Source of the DNA: Carpediemonas membranifera BICM
Taxonomy: Eukaryota > Protista > Fornicata
Assembly: GCA_019828565.1 (NCBI GenBank)
Contig: JAHDYR010000032.1
Location: forward strand, 1 to 64,000
DNA length: 64,000 nt
Direction of reading: 5' to 3'
Shown here: one piece after another, positions 11,001 to 22,483 of the stretch
How the letters are laid out: the number at the start of each line of letters is the position of its first letter
Numbering within the stretch: position 1 is the first letter of the stretch
Notes under the pieces: generated by a model
Databases searched by the model: none
What the model was told of the DNA's origin: nothing
The model's input: only the letters and a program-made list of their open reading frames with translations
Translations under genes and position numbers: made by a program

Positions 11001-12522
11001 GAGACCGCGGACTTGATGTCCCGCATCGACGCACTAGCCGTGGAGCTTACAGAGTGGAACGATGAGATTAGTTCTGCTCAAAAGAACACCTCCCAAGAGG
11101 AGAAGGATTCTTGGCGACGCGCTGGTGCCACCATCAACAACAACACCTGGGTGAAGGATGCCGTCCCCGTCCTCCCCAAAGACGCCAGAGCGCTACGACA
11201 CAAGCTGATCAAAGCCGCCCACAGCAGACATGGCGGCAGAGCTGATACGCTTCAACGGGTAGCCGAGGTCGCCTGGTGGCCCGGCCGCGCTAGAGACGTG
11301 AGCAACTTCGTCCAGCAGTGCCCCACCTGTGCCAAGACAAGGCTCAAGCAGTTCTTGTCAGCCCCAGAGGGGCGCACCATTCAAGACTCGTTCTGGAACA
11401 CCATAGCCATCGACACGGTGGGACCGCTGTCGGAGGACGCGTATGGGGCCAAGTACATCTACGTCATCACGGACCTCTACACACGCTACACAGAGCTGCA
11501 TGCGGCAACCGCAAACAATGCCCAGAGCGCGGTCGACGCCCTATGGCTGGCCGTCACCCGCCACGGCATCCCAAGCTACATCAAGAGTGACAACGGAACA
11601 GAGTATGTTAATCAGGTCGTGAGCCTCCTGATTGAACAGCTCGGAGCGCACCACCAGCGGACGTTGCCATACCATCCTCAAAGTAACGGGGTGGTCGAGC
11701 GCCGGAACGCGGAAGTCGGACGTCACCTCAGATGGCTGGCGCTGGCTATGGACGGCTATGGAGAGTGGAGCCAACTCCTCCCCTTCGTCCAGCACATCTT
11801 GAACACATCAACACACACGAAGCTCGGCGTATCGCCGCACGAGGTCGTCTACGGCCGCCGAGCAGAGATCGGTCTGGTCAGAAATCAACAAGCGGCGCTA
11901 GAGAGACCCGATATCGCGCAATATCTCGATCGACTAGCTCACGTCCAGGACAATCTGGACAAGGTTATAACTCAGTGCAACAAGAGGGAGGAGAGGCTGG
12001 GCCCTGCCCCAACACGCCCAGCTATTGGGTCAGGTGACCTAGTGTTCATCAAACCAGCTGTCAAGCACAAGCTGCACGGCCTACTCGGCCCATTCAAGGT
12101 TCACGCAATCCACAGCAACAACGCTGTTGAAGTAGCGTCCCTACTCAATGACGAGAGGCAATTCACGCATCTGGACAAGATTGCCCTCTGCCCTGACATC
12201 TCCCTGGAGTTGGCGAGACAGTATGCCGCCTCCGACGACGAGAGATACATTGTAGAACAAGTACTTGAGCACAACACTCGAGACCACACCCTACTCATTA
12301 AGTGGGAGGGCTACACCCAGACGACATGGGAACCACTGACACGCGACAATGCCAAGGTCGGCCCAATTTCCGACTACCTCCGGCAACATAGGATTCGATG
12401 GAAGCCGTTGAACACCTCGGAGCGGGGGAGGAGCAGGATGTCGTAGACTCCTTATCATTTAATCAGTTGATGATTACGACACCATTGTGTCGAGATTAAA
12501 ATGTTTCCCACCGACAACGTCA
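8085..12522 (+). mobile_element. Intact chromovirus-type gypsy element, family D copy 1
   Basis: Identical 84-bp LTRs 8085-8168 and 12439-12522; TSD CGAG (8081-8084, 12523-12526); PPT 12424-12438. Confidence 0.97.
8184..12446 (+). CDS. Family D single-ORF Gag-Pol, 1420 aa
   Basis: CRLCGGEHWDSDC knuckle, VDTGA protease, YIDD RT, TDASD RNase H, H..H..CPTC and SDNG integrase, GPF motif, C-terminal chromodomain. The stop codon lies inside the 3' LTR. Confidence 0.97.
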   Translation: MVQLEIDYNFPRMSAKELDPRGVKKFKAEVRVFRARIPDYATGLLLSEELQEELEATLGVSAESATSNQVYEFLESEATPRSLLELKRQLRAVLCPKLGTEGYPSNLSVVRQLGADFVELADYALRSAAKEGSESLAALFGKEKRKMARLLEDGTAEVVEEEALLTAADVAAKRAAAFDKTARKIFLEKIKPKSLYERIELESQFVKPSSLKDLINIARTVAKLEDASNSTTTTASSTSAGASQANDHREHRQAPPQAAKTTTAAQSSRKQRTRPCRLCGGEHWDSDCPKLGGRTRESGQLRPNPPKKTPFEAHAAEEGDAEALHTEAVINHSSYSATVDTGAGVSFISSRLLHTLRERDNSIKPKKCQPFIVSLAGGSTVKGNEMVELRVELPHLTTRPIVKNISFRVLPGPVEKLLLGVDQLRALGFISDRGIFLPFPSPEGPEKEDDILPYNHSYLSAEHADNRSIKTEIDKIEFGENETGAAAREICAAYEEVFEEELPTEGSKLEPMSIDFISDDWVNEFNQKPRHLSEEKREKVRQEVTQMHLQHIIRHSHGPYASPVVVVSNGHKGSTKIRLCVDYTVINRHTKRDRYPLPDIRAYLREAAGAEYYASLDLRQGYYQVKVKEEDIPKTAFITPDAYEEFERLPFGLCNAPSHFQRCMEKAFAKELHHGVAIYIDDVMIYGRTKEEFLERLHNVLDICKEQRLRLKAPKCKIGVEEVEMLGFICNTEGLKLSKERVEGIHALKTPTTKKGLLSMCGSLNYVAKFVPDASRVLSPINDLRSATDGADFIWSSIHDEALDEFKRRLEKYLVLVHPDLNKKWVLQTDASDIGFGGILTQEGDDGRQEIVSFFSGSFNKTQTRWSTYEQELFAIIHCLTRPDLGQLFRIHPNLTIQTDHKNLVYLDQKKLKNDKILRWSLLLSDYQYTIEHIAGLDNETADLMSRIDALAVELTEWNDEISSAQKNTSQEEKDSWRRAGATINNNTWVKDAVPVLPKDARALRHKLIKAAHSRHGGRADTLQRVAEVAWWPGRARDVSNFVQQCPTCAKTRLKQFLSAPEGRTIQDSFWNTIAIDTVGPLSEDAYGAKYIYVITDLYTRYTELHAATANNAQSAVDALWLAVTRHGIPSYIKSDNGTEYVNQVVSLLIEQLGAHHQRTLPYHPQSNGVVERRNAEVGRHLRWLALAMDGYGEWSQLLPFVQHILNTSTHTKLGVSPHEVVYGRRAEIGLVRNQQAALERPDIAQYLDRLAHVQDNLDKVITQCNKREERLGPAPTRPAIGSGDLVFIKPAVKHKLHGLLGPFKVHAIHSNNAVEVASLLNDERQFTHLDKIALCPDISLELARQYAASDDERYIVEQVLEHNTRDHTLLIKWEGYTQTTWEPLTRDNAKVGPISDYLRQHRIRWKPLNTSERGRSRMS

Positions 12523-12562
12523 CGAGTTGGGTCGACCGAGCATCGAGGCGGGCGGAGGGCGC

Positions 12563-12629
12563 CGGACCGCGCGCTACCGGAATACGTGGAGTGAGTATCG
12601 CTCTGCTGATTCCAGGAGCGCGCTGCCCG
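12563..12629 (+). ncRNA. Conserved long hairpin (pre-miRNA-like); copies at 17822-17888 and a diverged homologue at 44730-44798
   Basis: Compensatory and G-U changes between homologues; 3' arm is 19/20 nt identical. Confidence 0.5.
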
Positions 12630-13338
12630 TTCGCGTCCGACTCGCCATTTGGGGGTCGAGTCACATCTCGGCCCCGAATGAACACCCCACACGTATGCTG
12701 CAAGGGAACAGTCAGAGCAAATCGATGCGCGGAGGGGAGGGACCAGGTGTGCGCGAGGGCAGGCCGGGAGGCTAGTCCTCTGGCGCACAGCGAAATCGGT
12801 CAGACCCATGTCAACCCAGACACCATCAGTCAACAGGGCACCAACGTGCGAAAATTGTCGTCTGAATGTCGACTGCCACAGGGCCCGAAAACGACGTCAG
12901 AAGGCTGTTCTTCAACACCCAGCTGAGATCGGCGTGCTTGGTGAGCACGACCTCACGCGGCGTCTAGCACGTGCGAACCGACGTGCGAACCCTGGCCTGC
13001 GGAGCCAGGTGCGAACTCAATAAACACAACGACACGACAACATGAATATTCCTTTAGTTCGACGAAACGGGAACAGGCGGACCGTGGGTTGAAGTGGTCA
13101 ACTTGCGCGTATGGCGCGCGTGGACGTTAGTGCACCTGAGAACATACCTCGTGCCCGTCGGGATTCTGACCATCTTGATGCGGCGATCCAGGGCAGACGC
13201 GTATAAGGGGAATGAACACCCCACACTCACGCTGCACGCACGCAGCGCACTGTCAGTAAACGCACCATATGCATATACTATCCATATTCAGAGCTCGGCC
13301 GGAGTCGCCTGCTCTGTCGCATCCAGACGAGGGTCGAG

Positions 13339-16300
13339 TGTCGTAGACTCCTTATCATTTAATCAGTTGATGATTACGACACCATTGTGTCGAGATTAAA
13401 ATGTTTCCCACCGACAACGTCATAGTGATCACTCGTAATGGTTCAGTTGGAAATCGATTATAATTTCCCGCGTATGTCGGCCAAGGAGCTCGATCCTCGC
13501 GGTGTTAAGAAATTCAAAGCCGAGGTTCGCGTGTTTCGCGCTCGGATCCCCGACTATGCTACCGGGCTCCTGCTTAGCGAGGAGTTACAGGAAGAATTAG
13601 AAGCAACCCTCGGTGTGAGCGCTGAGAGCGCCACCTCCAACCAAGTATATGAGTTCCTCGAATCCGAGGCCACACCCCGTTCCCTGCTCGAACTTAAACG
13701 CCAGCTGCGTGCTGTGCTGTGCCCGAAGCTAGGTACCGAGGGTTACCCCTCGAATCTCTCTGTCGTCCGCCAGCTGGGCGCCGATTTCGTGGAACTCGCA
13801 GATTACGCCCTTCGTTCCGCCGCGAAGGAGGGCAGCGAGAGCCTAGCAGCGCTCTTTGGCAAGGAGAAGCGAAAGATGGCCCGCCTGCTTGAAGACGGCA
13901 CTGCCGAGGTGGTGGAGGAGGAGGCACTCCTCACTGCCGCCGACGTCGCAGCGAAGCGAGCAGCCGCCTTCGACAAGACGGCAAGGAAGATCTTTCTGGA
14001 GAAGATCAAGCCGAAGTCGCTCTACGAAAGGATCGAGCTCGAGAGCCAGTTCGTCAAGCCGTCCTCCCTCAAGGACCTCATCAACATCGCACGCACCGTC
14101 GCCAAGCTCGAGGATGCGTCTAACTCCACGGCCACGACCGCCTCCAGCACCTCTGCAGGCGCCTCGCAGGCCAACGACCACCGGGAGCACCGTCAGGCGC
14201 CTCCCCCAGGCTGCTAAGACCACCACTGCCGCCCAGTCCTCGCGTAAGCAGCGTACAAGACCGTGCCGCCTTTGCGGAGGCGAGCACTGGGACTCAGATT
14301 GCCCTAAGCTCGGGGGCCGGACCCGCGAGAGCGGCCAGCTCCGCCCTAACCCCCCGAAGAAGACGCCCTTCGAGGCGCACGCGGCAGAGGAGGGTGATGC
14401 TGAAGCTCTCCACACGGAGGCTGTCATAAATCACTCCTCCTATTCTGCTACGGTTGACACGGGAGCCGGGGTCTCATTCATTAGCAGCCGACTGCTTCAC
14501 ACTCTGAGAGAGCGTGACAACTCCATCAAGCCGAAGAAGTGCCAACCGTTTATCGTCTCGCTGGCGGGAGGTAGCACCGTCAAGGGTAATGAGATGGTTG
14601 AGCTCCGCGTCGAGCTCCCACACCTGACCACGAGACCCATAGTCAAGAACATCAGCTTCAGAGTACTCCCAGGTCCTGTGGAGAAGCTCCTATTGGGCGT
14701 AGATCAGCTGAGAGCCCTCGGGTTCATCAGCGACAGAGGAATCTTCCTCCCTTTCCCGTCGCCAGAAGGCCCGGAGAAGGAAGATGACATCCTCCCTTAC
14801 AACCACAGCTACTTATCGGCGGAACACGCTGATAATAGGAGCATCAAGACCGAAATCGATAAGATCGAGTTCGGCGAGAACGAAACCGGCGCAGCAGCAC
14901 GAGAGATCTGCGCTGCATACGAAGAAGTGTTCGAGGAAGAGCTCCCTACAGAAGGTAGCAAGCTTGAACCGATGTCTATTGATTTCATTTCCGACGACTG
15001 GGTGAATGAGTTCAACCAAAAACCGAGACACCTCTCGGAGGAAAAGCGAGAGAAGGTGCGCCAGGAGGTCACGCAGATGCACCTCCAGCACATTATCCGC
15101 CACAGTCACGGGCCATATGCCTCGCCCGTAGTGGTGGTTTCGAACGGGCACAAGGGGTCGACCAAGATTCGCCTATGTGTAGACTACACCGTCATCAACC
15201 GTCACACGAAGCGGGATAGGTACCCGCTACCTGACATCAGGGCGTACCTGCGGGAAAGCCGCAGGCGCAGAGTACTACGCCAGTCTCGACCTGAGACAAG
15301 GTTACTATCAAGTCAAGGTTAAGGAGGAGGACATTCCCAAGACCGCCTTTATCACCCCCGGATGCGTACGAGGAGTTCGAGAGACTCCCGTTTGGCCTCT
15401 GCAACGCCCCATCACACTTTCAGAGATGTATGGAGAAGGCCTTCGCGAAGGAGCTACACCACGGCGTGGCTATCTACATCGACGATGTCATGATATATGG
15501 CCGCACGAAGGAGGAGTTCCTAGAACGGCTGCATAACGTCCTTGATATCTGCAAGGAACAACGCCTCCGGCTCAAAGCGCCGAAATGCAAGATTGGCGTG
15601 GAGGAGGTGGAGATGCTAGGCTTCATCTGTAATACAGAGGGCCTAAAGCTAAGCAAGGAACGCGTGGAGGGAATCCATGCCCTGAAAACGCCAACGACGA
15701 AGAAAGGACTTCTTTCAATGTGTGGTTCGCTGAACTACGTAGCGAAATTTGTTCCTGACGCTAGTAGAGTACTATCTCCCATCAATGACTTGCGGTCGGC
15801 CACCGATGGCGCCGATTTCATTTGGTCATCGATTCATGATGAGGCACTTGACGAGTTCAAGAGACGCCTCGAGAAGTACCTAGTACTGGTCCATCCGGAC
15901 CTCAACAAGAAGTGGGTGCTCCAGACGGACGCCTCAGATATAGGATTCGGTGGCATCCTCACTCAGGAGGGGGACGACGGACGCCAAGAGATAGTCTCGT
16001 TCTTCTCGGGATCCTTCAACAAGACTCAGACAAGGTGGAGTACCTACGAACAGGAGCTGTTCGCAATCATACACTGCCTGACCAGACCAGATCTTGGCCA
16101 GCTCTTCAGGATTCACCCAAATCTGACAATTCAGACTGATCACAAGAACCTTGTGTATCTTGATCAGAAGAAGCTTAAGAACGATAAGATCCTCCGTTGG
16201 TCGCTGTTACTATCGGATTATCAGTATACAATCGAACATATCGCCGGTCTTGATAACGAGACCGCGGACTTGATGTCCCGCATCGACGCACTAGCCGTGG

Positions 16301-17781
16301 AGCTTACAGAGTGGAACGATGAGATTAGTTCTGCTCAAAAAGAACACCTCCCAAGAGGAGAAGGATTCTTGGCGACGCGCTGGTGCCACCATCAACAACA
16401 ACACCTGGGTGAAGGATGCCGTCCCCGTCCTCCCCAAAGACGCCAGAGCGCTACGACACAAGCTGATCAAAGCCGCCCACAGCAGACATGGCGGCAGAGC
16501 TGATACGCTTCAACGGGTAGCCGAGGTCGCCTGGTGGCCCGGCCGCGCTAGAGACGTGAGCAACTTCGTCCAGCAGTGCCCCACCTGTGCCAAGACAAGG
16601 CTCAAGCAGTTCTTGTCAGCCCCAGAGGGGCGCACCATTCAAGACTCGTTCTGGAACACCATAGCCATCGACACGGTGGGACCGCTGTCGGAGGACGCGT
16701 ATGGGGCCAAGTACATCTACGTCATCACGGACCTCTACACACGCTACACAGAGCTGCATGCGGCAACCGCAAACAATGCCCAGAGCGCGGTCGACGCCCT
16801 ATGGCTGGCCGTCACCCGCCACGGCATCCCAAGCTACATCAAGAGTGACAACGGAACAGAGTATGTTAATCAGGTCGTGAGCCTCCTGATTGAACAGCTC
16901 GGAGCGCACCACCAGCGGACGTTGCCATACCATCCTCAAAGTAACGGGGTGGTCGAGCGCCGGAACGCGGAAGTCGGACGTCACCTCAGATGGCTGGCGC
17001 TGGCTATGGACGGCTATGGAGAGTGGAGCCAACTCCTCCCCTTCGTCCAGCACATCTTGAACACATCAACACACACGAAGCTCGGCGTATCGCCGCACGA
17101 GGTCGTCTACGGCCGCCGAGCAGAGATCGGTCTGGTCAGAAATCAACAAGCGGCGCTAGAGAGACCCGATATCGCGCAATATCTCGATCGACTAGCTCAC
17201 GTCCAGGACAATCTGGACAAGGTTATAACTCAGTGCAACAAGAGGGAGGAGAGGCTGGGCCCTGCCCCAACACGCCCAGCTATTGGGTCAGGTGACCTAG
17301 TGTTCATCAAACCAGCTGTCAAGCACAAGCTGCACGGCCTACTCGGCCCATTCAAGGTTCACGCAATCCACAGCAACAACGCTGTTGAAGTAGCGTCCCT
17401 ACTCAATGACGAGAGGCAATTCACGCATCTGGACAAGATTGCCCTCTGCCCTGACATCTCCCCTGGAGTTGGCGAGACAGTATGCCGCCTCCGACGACGA
17501 GAGATACATTGTAGAACAAGTACTTGAGCACAACACTCGAGACCACACCCTACTCATTAAGTGGGAGGGCTACACCCAGACGACATGGGAACCACTGACA
17601 CGCGACAATGCCAAGGTCGGCCCAATTTCCGACTACCTCCGGCAACATAGGATTCGATGGAAGCCGTTGAACACCTCGGAGCGGGGGAGGAGCAGGATGT
17701 CGTAGACTCCTTATCATTTAATCAGTTGATGATTACGACACCATTGTGTCGAGATTAAAATGTTTCCCACCGACAACGTCA
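13339..17781 (+). mobile_element. Family D copy 2, duplicated with its flanks; gag-pol 13438-17705 broken by five homopolymer +1 indels
   Basis: LTRs 13339-13422 and 17698-17781; same CGAG TSD as copy 1. Confidence 0.95.
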
Positions 17782-19418
17782 CGAGTTGGGTCGACCGAGC
17801 ATCGAGGCGGGCGGAGGGCGCCGGACCGCGCGCTACCGGAATACGTGGAGTGAGTATCGCTCTGCTGATTCCAGGAGCGCGCTGCCCGTTCGCGTCCGAC
17901 TCGCCATTTGGGGGTCGAGTCACATCTCGGCCCCGAATGAACACCCCACACGTATGCTGCAAGGGAACAGTCAGAGCAAATCGATGCGCGGAGGGGAGGG
18001 ACCAGGTGTGCGCGAGGGCAGGCCGGGAGGCTAGTCCTCTGGCGTACAGCGAAATCGGTCAGACCCATGTCAACCCAGACACCATCAGTCAACAGGGTGC
18101 ATGAATGCATGCTTTAGAGCCCAGCCCGATGCTATATCGGCCATCAATTTGGTTGACGAACTGTTCACCTGCCTTTCGAAATCCTCTCGAGACTGCGGGT
18201 CCGAAGCTGAGCGATGCCGTCACCTCGACTACAACCATCGAATCGCTGCCGCTCTGCCATAAAGCTTGTATAGCCCTCTTACATCTGGATCCGGGCTGTT
18301 ACCAGCAGGGGCACACTGGAAGTATGCGTTTGGAGTCGGCCCGATCTTCGATCTCGACGGACATCGAACATGACGAGTAGAGGTCGGAGAGGGCTGAAAC
18401 TCACATCATTACACTGTACGAGAAGCTCATACATGATGGCTGACCCATCTTAGTCTTTAAACTCCCAACCTTAATCTCTGGAGTCGTCGAAAATGACGAC
18501 TCAGTTTGACTCGATCCACCATCAGCCCGCACCCAATGGCGTAACCTCAGCTACTAGGCCTGGATATAGTGCGAGTGCCCCACTAACAGCCTTGGACGCA
18601 ACGTCTGCCGTCCTCGAGATGGTTGTGCAGAATACGCCATCTTTTTTCACACATCCCTTCGCGACCTCGAATAATCGCTCTCCAAGCACCTCTGCTGCTA
18701 TATTTGTGTAAGATGCTCATTTAATACGTCTAGATCACGATTCCTCGCTTTCGCTCTTTCAGTTTCGGTCACTTCTTCGTGCCGAACTAAACAACATCAA
18801 TCAGGTGCGCCGACGGGACCCTGGAGCGGCAACAAGGTAAGTCCGCCACCATCTAATGCTGTCAAAATCCTAGCTGTGCGCCACGGCGTCTTCGGACCCG
18901 GGGTATTGCATTGGCCTCTGGCCCTTGCTGCACACCGGGACATCCGCGCCACCTTACACGGCGCGGAACCCGGCTTCTAGCTAGGAGCGCGCGGGCGGTG
19001 TGAGACTGCCGCGCGGACATCAGATGGACCTAGGACAGTGAGCCTAGATGATACACTTGGACGACCCAGCAGCTGCTGGCGGTTGGCGAGTGTATGCGGG
19101 AGGGCAAGATCGCGGTGTGGAGCCCCATCTGTGAGTCACACCCATGGGAGGTCATTTTCGTCCAAAATTTCCATTTGCCAGAATTGCCCACGTGTGATGC
19201 GAGCCCGCTTTTGCCGCGCAGCTATCCAAGCGTTGACCTGGCCTCAAGGGCAAGGCGCTACCACGGTCAGTCTGACGCGCCGCTGATATATTTGTGCTAC
19301 CGTGGCTGTGGTTAATTCGACAGTACCCTGATTTAAAGCGCGCAGCTCCTTCAATGATTGAAACTCTTGCCTCCCTGCAACGAGGGTTGTCCAAGGCGCA
19401 GCCAATTGACGCCATGCC

Positions 19419-20105
19419 ATGTTCGCCATGTCGCCCGTCGTGCATGACGCCAAGGTACAGACTAGCCAGCGAGTACGTGTGGCGCTGTCCCAGGACGCTA
19501 CGGTGACTCACATGAACCCCGAGTCCGTCGACTGGCACGAGACGACGCTGGCAGATATGATGCTCCAGCTGCAGGCCGAGTGGGCGAACAGGGGTCGGCC
19601 CAAGGCTGTGGCAGACGCTATTGCAGCAATGATTTCCGGCAAGGCCTCAGTCACCCAGCCCACACCGGCCGAGGCCGAGTTCGAGACTCAGGCCGGAGTC
19701 GGGGTCGAGGAGTCAGCATCAGACACTGAGATCGATGACGATCATGCGAATATGAAGGCCGAGGTGAACGACACGTCCCTCCCCGGGCCCGCCAGGGGCC
19801 AGACGAGGCCTGCTGAGGAGGCCCCAGACTCCGAGGCCGACCCTGCTGTTGACCCAACAACGGGCAGTACAGCCCCAGAGCCCGAGCCGGCGATCAAGCC
19901 GACCCCCGTCGACCCTGATCCGACCGAGCCCGTCCCGCTGTCCGAGTCGATCCCGGGCCCGACCAGGTCCACGGTCTCGCTCCCTCTCCCCGCGTCAGAC
20001 CATGGCGGGCGGGGCCGGGGGCACGCCAGCATGTTTGCAGGGGTGGTAGTGGGGACACAGGATTTGCCCGAGGACTCGGACAGCGAGCTGCCCGTGGTGC
20101 TGTGA
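19419..20105 (+). CDS. Hypothetical protein with acidic/Pro-rich C-terminus, possibly a retroelement ORF1 remnant
   Basis: 228-aa ATG-initiated ORF with coding-like composition; no recognisable domain. Confidence 0.45.
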   Translation: MFAMSPVVHDAKVQTSQRVRVALSQDATVTHMNPESVDWHETTLADMMLQLQAEWANRGRPKAVADAIAAMISGKASVTQPTPAEAEFETQAGVGVEESASDTEIDDDHANMKAEVNDTSLPGPARGQTRPAEEAPDSEADPAVDPTTGSTAPEPEPAIKPTPVDPDPTEPVPLSESIPGPTRSTVSLPLPASDHGGRGRGHASMFAGVVVGTQDLPEDSDSELPVVL

Positions 20106-20936
20106 GGAGTCTGCCGGGGATCGACAGGGGGCTGTCAGTTGCCCCTCGGACCACCAGACCTGGCCTTAAACGGCAGATTACGGCTGTGGAAATCGATTAC
20201 AGCTGTCGGTATGGAGTACGATGCTCGAGCCTGACAGGAAAAGCTTAATACTTTTCGACGCGTGTGGTCACGTCAACGGGTCGACCCGGGAAGTGAGCCT
20301 GCTCGATGGCTTCAGATGCTTTACATGTGTGACACCGATCCGGACCTGCCATAAATGAGCGTGTGATGTGCACGTATTTAGACAAGCCACAAAAACACGT
20401 CATCGAACCATGGGTGCAGGACAACCAGGCAGTGGCGTAGCACTTGATCCCAGACACCTAATCACTCCGTTTAGCATGCCGATCAACACTGGAGAAGGGC
20501 CTTCGGAAGAGCCGCCGACGAATGATGCCGACTCGTAAGAGCACATTTGCTGTTGGGCTGAAGTAAAGCGGGCTTAGTGTTGCTTGCATATCAATTGTTT
20601 ATCGTTTGAGCAGCTCATTTGTGCTGCTTTGTGTTGTGGATTATGTGGTAGTTTCAAAGGTGGAGCTTAAACTTCTGTCGATTACCACGCGGGTAGCCAG
20701 CGACGCCGGCATCCCAGCTGATATCACCAACTGGCACCGCTTAGGCATCGAGCGGGACTCTTTTGACGACAGCGGCAGCCTGGCAGTAAGGACCAAACGT
20801 CCTGGCCCAGGTCTAGCTGCTAGTAGCCATGTGAGCTTGACTCGTAGAGGCACGCGCATAGTCTCAGCGCACAGCCTCGGGGCGAAAGATCCGACCATAG
20901 TGCAGTTTAAGGACCTTTGACGTCGCCAGGGCATTA

Positions 20937-21977
20937 ATGTCGCAATGGGGCACATTTCTCACAGTTTTGAGCATGATGCTCTTTGGGCTTCTATTCTCCG
21001 TATACTACGCCTTTCGTCCGGTCCCCCTAGCCCAGTACGTCGACATATGGGTTGGCATTCTATTTGACTGGCTTGCATGGGCCATCAGCACCCTTTTAGA
21101 CATCTCGATGATTCTAGGTGCCACTATTGGCTACATCGCCCAGTGCAGGGATATCCGCACGCTCCACTCATCGCAGGGCTTCTCCTCGCTCGTGACTGCG
21201 ATTCTCCTCTTCTCAAACACCCTCCGCTGCTTCTGGTGGTTCGGAAGCCGCTACGACATCGCTCTTCTCATCCAGGCGATGCTCATGCTCGTTGTCCAGC
21301 TCTACCTCCTCTACCTCGCCGTCAAGTACCGCGACCCCCGCCCCCCTGTGGAGAGGACGCCGCTGCAGCTGGTGTGGGACAAGGTGAAGAACTTCTGGAA
21401 CTGGGAGAACTACTACGAGTACATGGTGGTCTATGTGCTGTTCGCAGCCTTCTTTTTCATTGTAACAATCGTCTTTGTTTACGGTCAGCTCCCCTACGTC
21501 GACCTGTACAATGAGCTCCTCGGATTCGCCGCTCTCTTGATCGAGGCAGCGCTGGGTATGCCACAAATCATCAAGAACTTCAAAAACAGGTCGACCAAGG
21601 GCCTCTCCTACATTATGATCGCCACCTGGGCATTCGGGGATACATACAAGCTAATATACTACACAATCTCCGCCCAGCCCCTCCAGTTCATTCTATGCTC
21701 AGCCATCCAGCTGTTCGACGACGTCGTGGTTCTGTGTCAGATGTGGTTCTTCAGGCCACCCCGAGTCAAGCGGCAGGCAGGCCCTGGTACGGTTGTTGCC
21801 AAGTGGCTAGCACGCATCTCCGCTTATCTGATGACCAGGAGAGTGTCGAAATTCCTCATCCGGTATGCTTTGAAGATGCTGCAAGTCGAGGTGCAGCTTA
21901 AGCCCGCGGGGTTCATGACGAAGGCGAAGAAGTCATCGCAGTTGGAGTTTACAGCAGCGCCTGAGAATGTTTTGTAG
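20937..21977 (+). CDS. PQ-loop repeat membrane protein (SLC66A2/PQLC1/Any1-like)
   Basis: Multiple TM segments; GYIAQ..SQGFS and ALGMPQIIKNFKNRSTKGLS PQ-loop repeats; FW.W..Y..Y motif. Confidence 0.85.
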   Translation: MSQWGTFLTVLSMMLFGLLFSVYYAFRPVPLAQYVDIWVGILFDWLAWAISTLLDISMILGATIGYIAQCRDIRTLHSSQGFSSLVTAILLFSNTLRCFWWFGSRYDIALLIQAMLMLVVQLYLLYLAVKYRDPRPPVERTPLQLVWDKVKNFWNWENYYEYMVVYVLFAAFFFIVTIVFVYGQLPYVDLYNELLGFAALLIEAALGMPQIIKNFKNRSTKGLSYIMIATWAFGDTYKLIYYTISAQPLQFILCSAIQLFDDVVVLCQMWFFRPPRVKRQAGPGTVVAKWLARISAYLMTRRVSKFLIRYALKMLQVEVQLKPAGFMTKAKKSSQLEFTAAPENVL

Positions 21978-22009
21978 TCGGCCCTGCCAGTTTCTATGAA
22001 TTTTCTGTT

Positions 22010-22483
22010 TTGTTGTTCGGTGACGCCGCGGGCCTCAGGATTGCTATATCCCTCATGCTCGACGCCGCTGAGACGTATGAGATCGTGGAGCCCCTGCATC
22101 ACATCATCCGGGACAGCCAGCACCGTCCGCCCGAGCTGAGCGGCATCACCTCCCACCTGCCTCTTGAGAAGCACGAGCCGAGGCTTATCCGCAACAGCAA
22201 GCCGAGCCCGACAGACTCGCCCATGGTGAAGACCTCGGCCTACCTCACGGTGCGGGCCGGTGCGACTGGCGGGCCCCCGAAGCCGCCCCAGCCGATTGAC
22301 TACATCATCAACGCCGTACGAGAGCTTGACCCGACCTTCAATGTCACCCCGCCCGGCAGACCCCCAGCCCGGCCACCTGGGATGTCTGTGGAGGACTACG
22401 AGGCTGTGTACCGAGAGATTGGACTCAGCATGCCGAAGACTGTGGATAATCGCCCAAGTTTGTACCAGATGGTGGTCAGGTGA
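22010..22483 (+). CDS. Hypothetical protein; boundaries uncertain, possibly spliced
   Basis: 157-aa ORF with the GC3-rich codon usage of neighbouring host genes. Confidence 0.45.
   Translation: MLFGDAAGLRIAISLMLDAAETYEIVEPLHHIIRDSQHRPPELSGITSHLPLEKHEPRLIRNSKPSPTDSPMVKTSAYLTVRAGATGGPPKPPQPIDYIINAVRELDPTFNVTPPGRPPARPPGMSVEDYEAVYREIGLSMPKTVDNRPSLYQMVVR

Larger units (their letters stand above)
7584..18097 (+). repeat. Head-to-tail tandem duplication, unit 5,254 bp (7584-12837 and 12838-18097): ~0.8 kb non-coding DNA plus one family D element
   Basis: Copies are nearly identical, including flanks and TSD. I saw 3 transitions and 5 one-base homopolymer insertions in copy 2. Confidence 0.95.

Noticed and set aside
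13438-17705. Frameshifts in D copy 2 (and in A, B and C copy 1) as programmed recoding or true pseudogenisation
   Set aside because: Nearly all are single-base homopolymer changes absent from sister copies, and the housekeeping gene ISY1 shows similar indels, so sequencing error is the simplest explanation.
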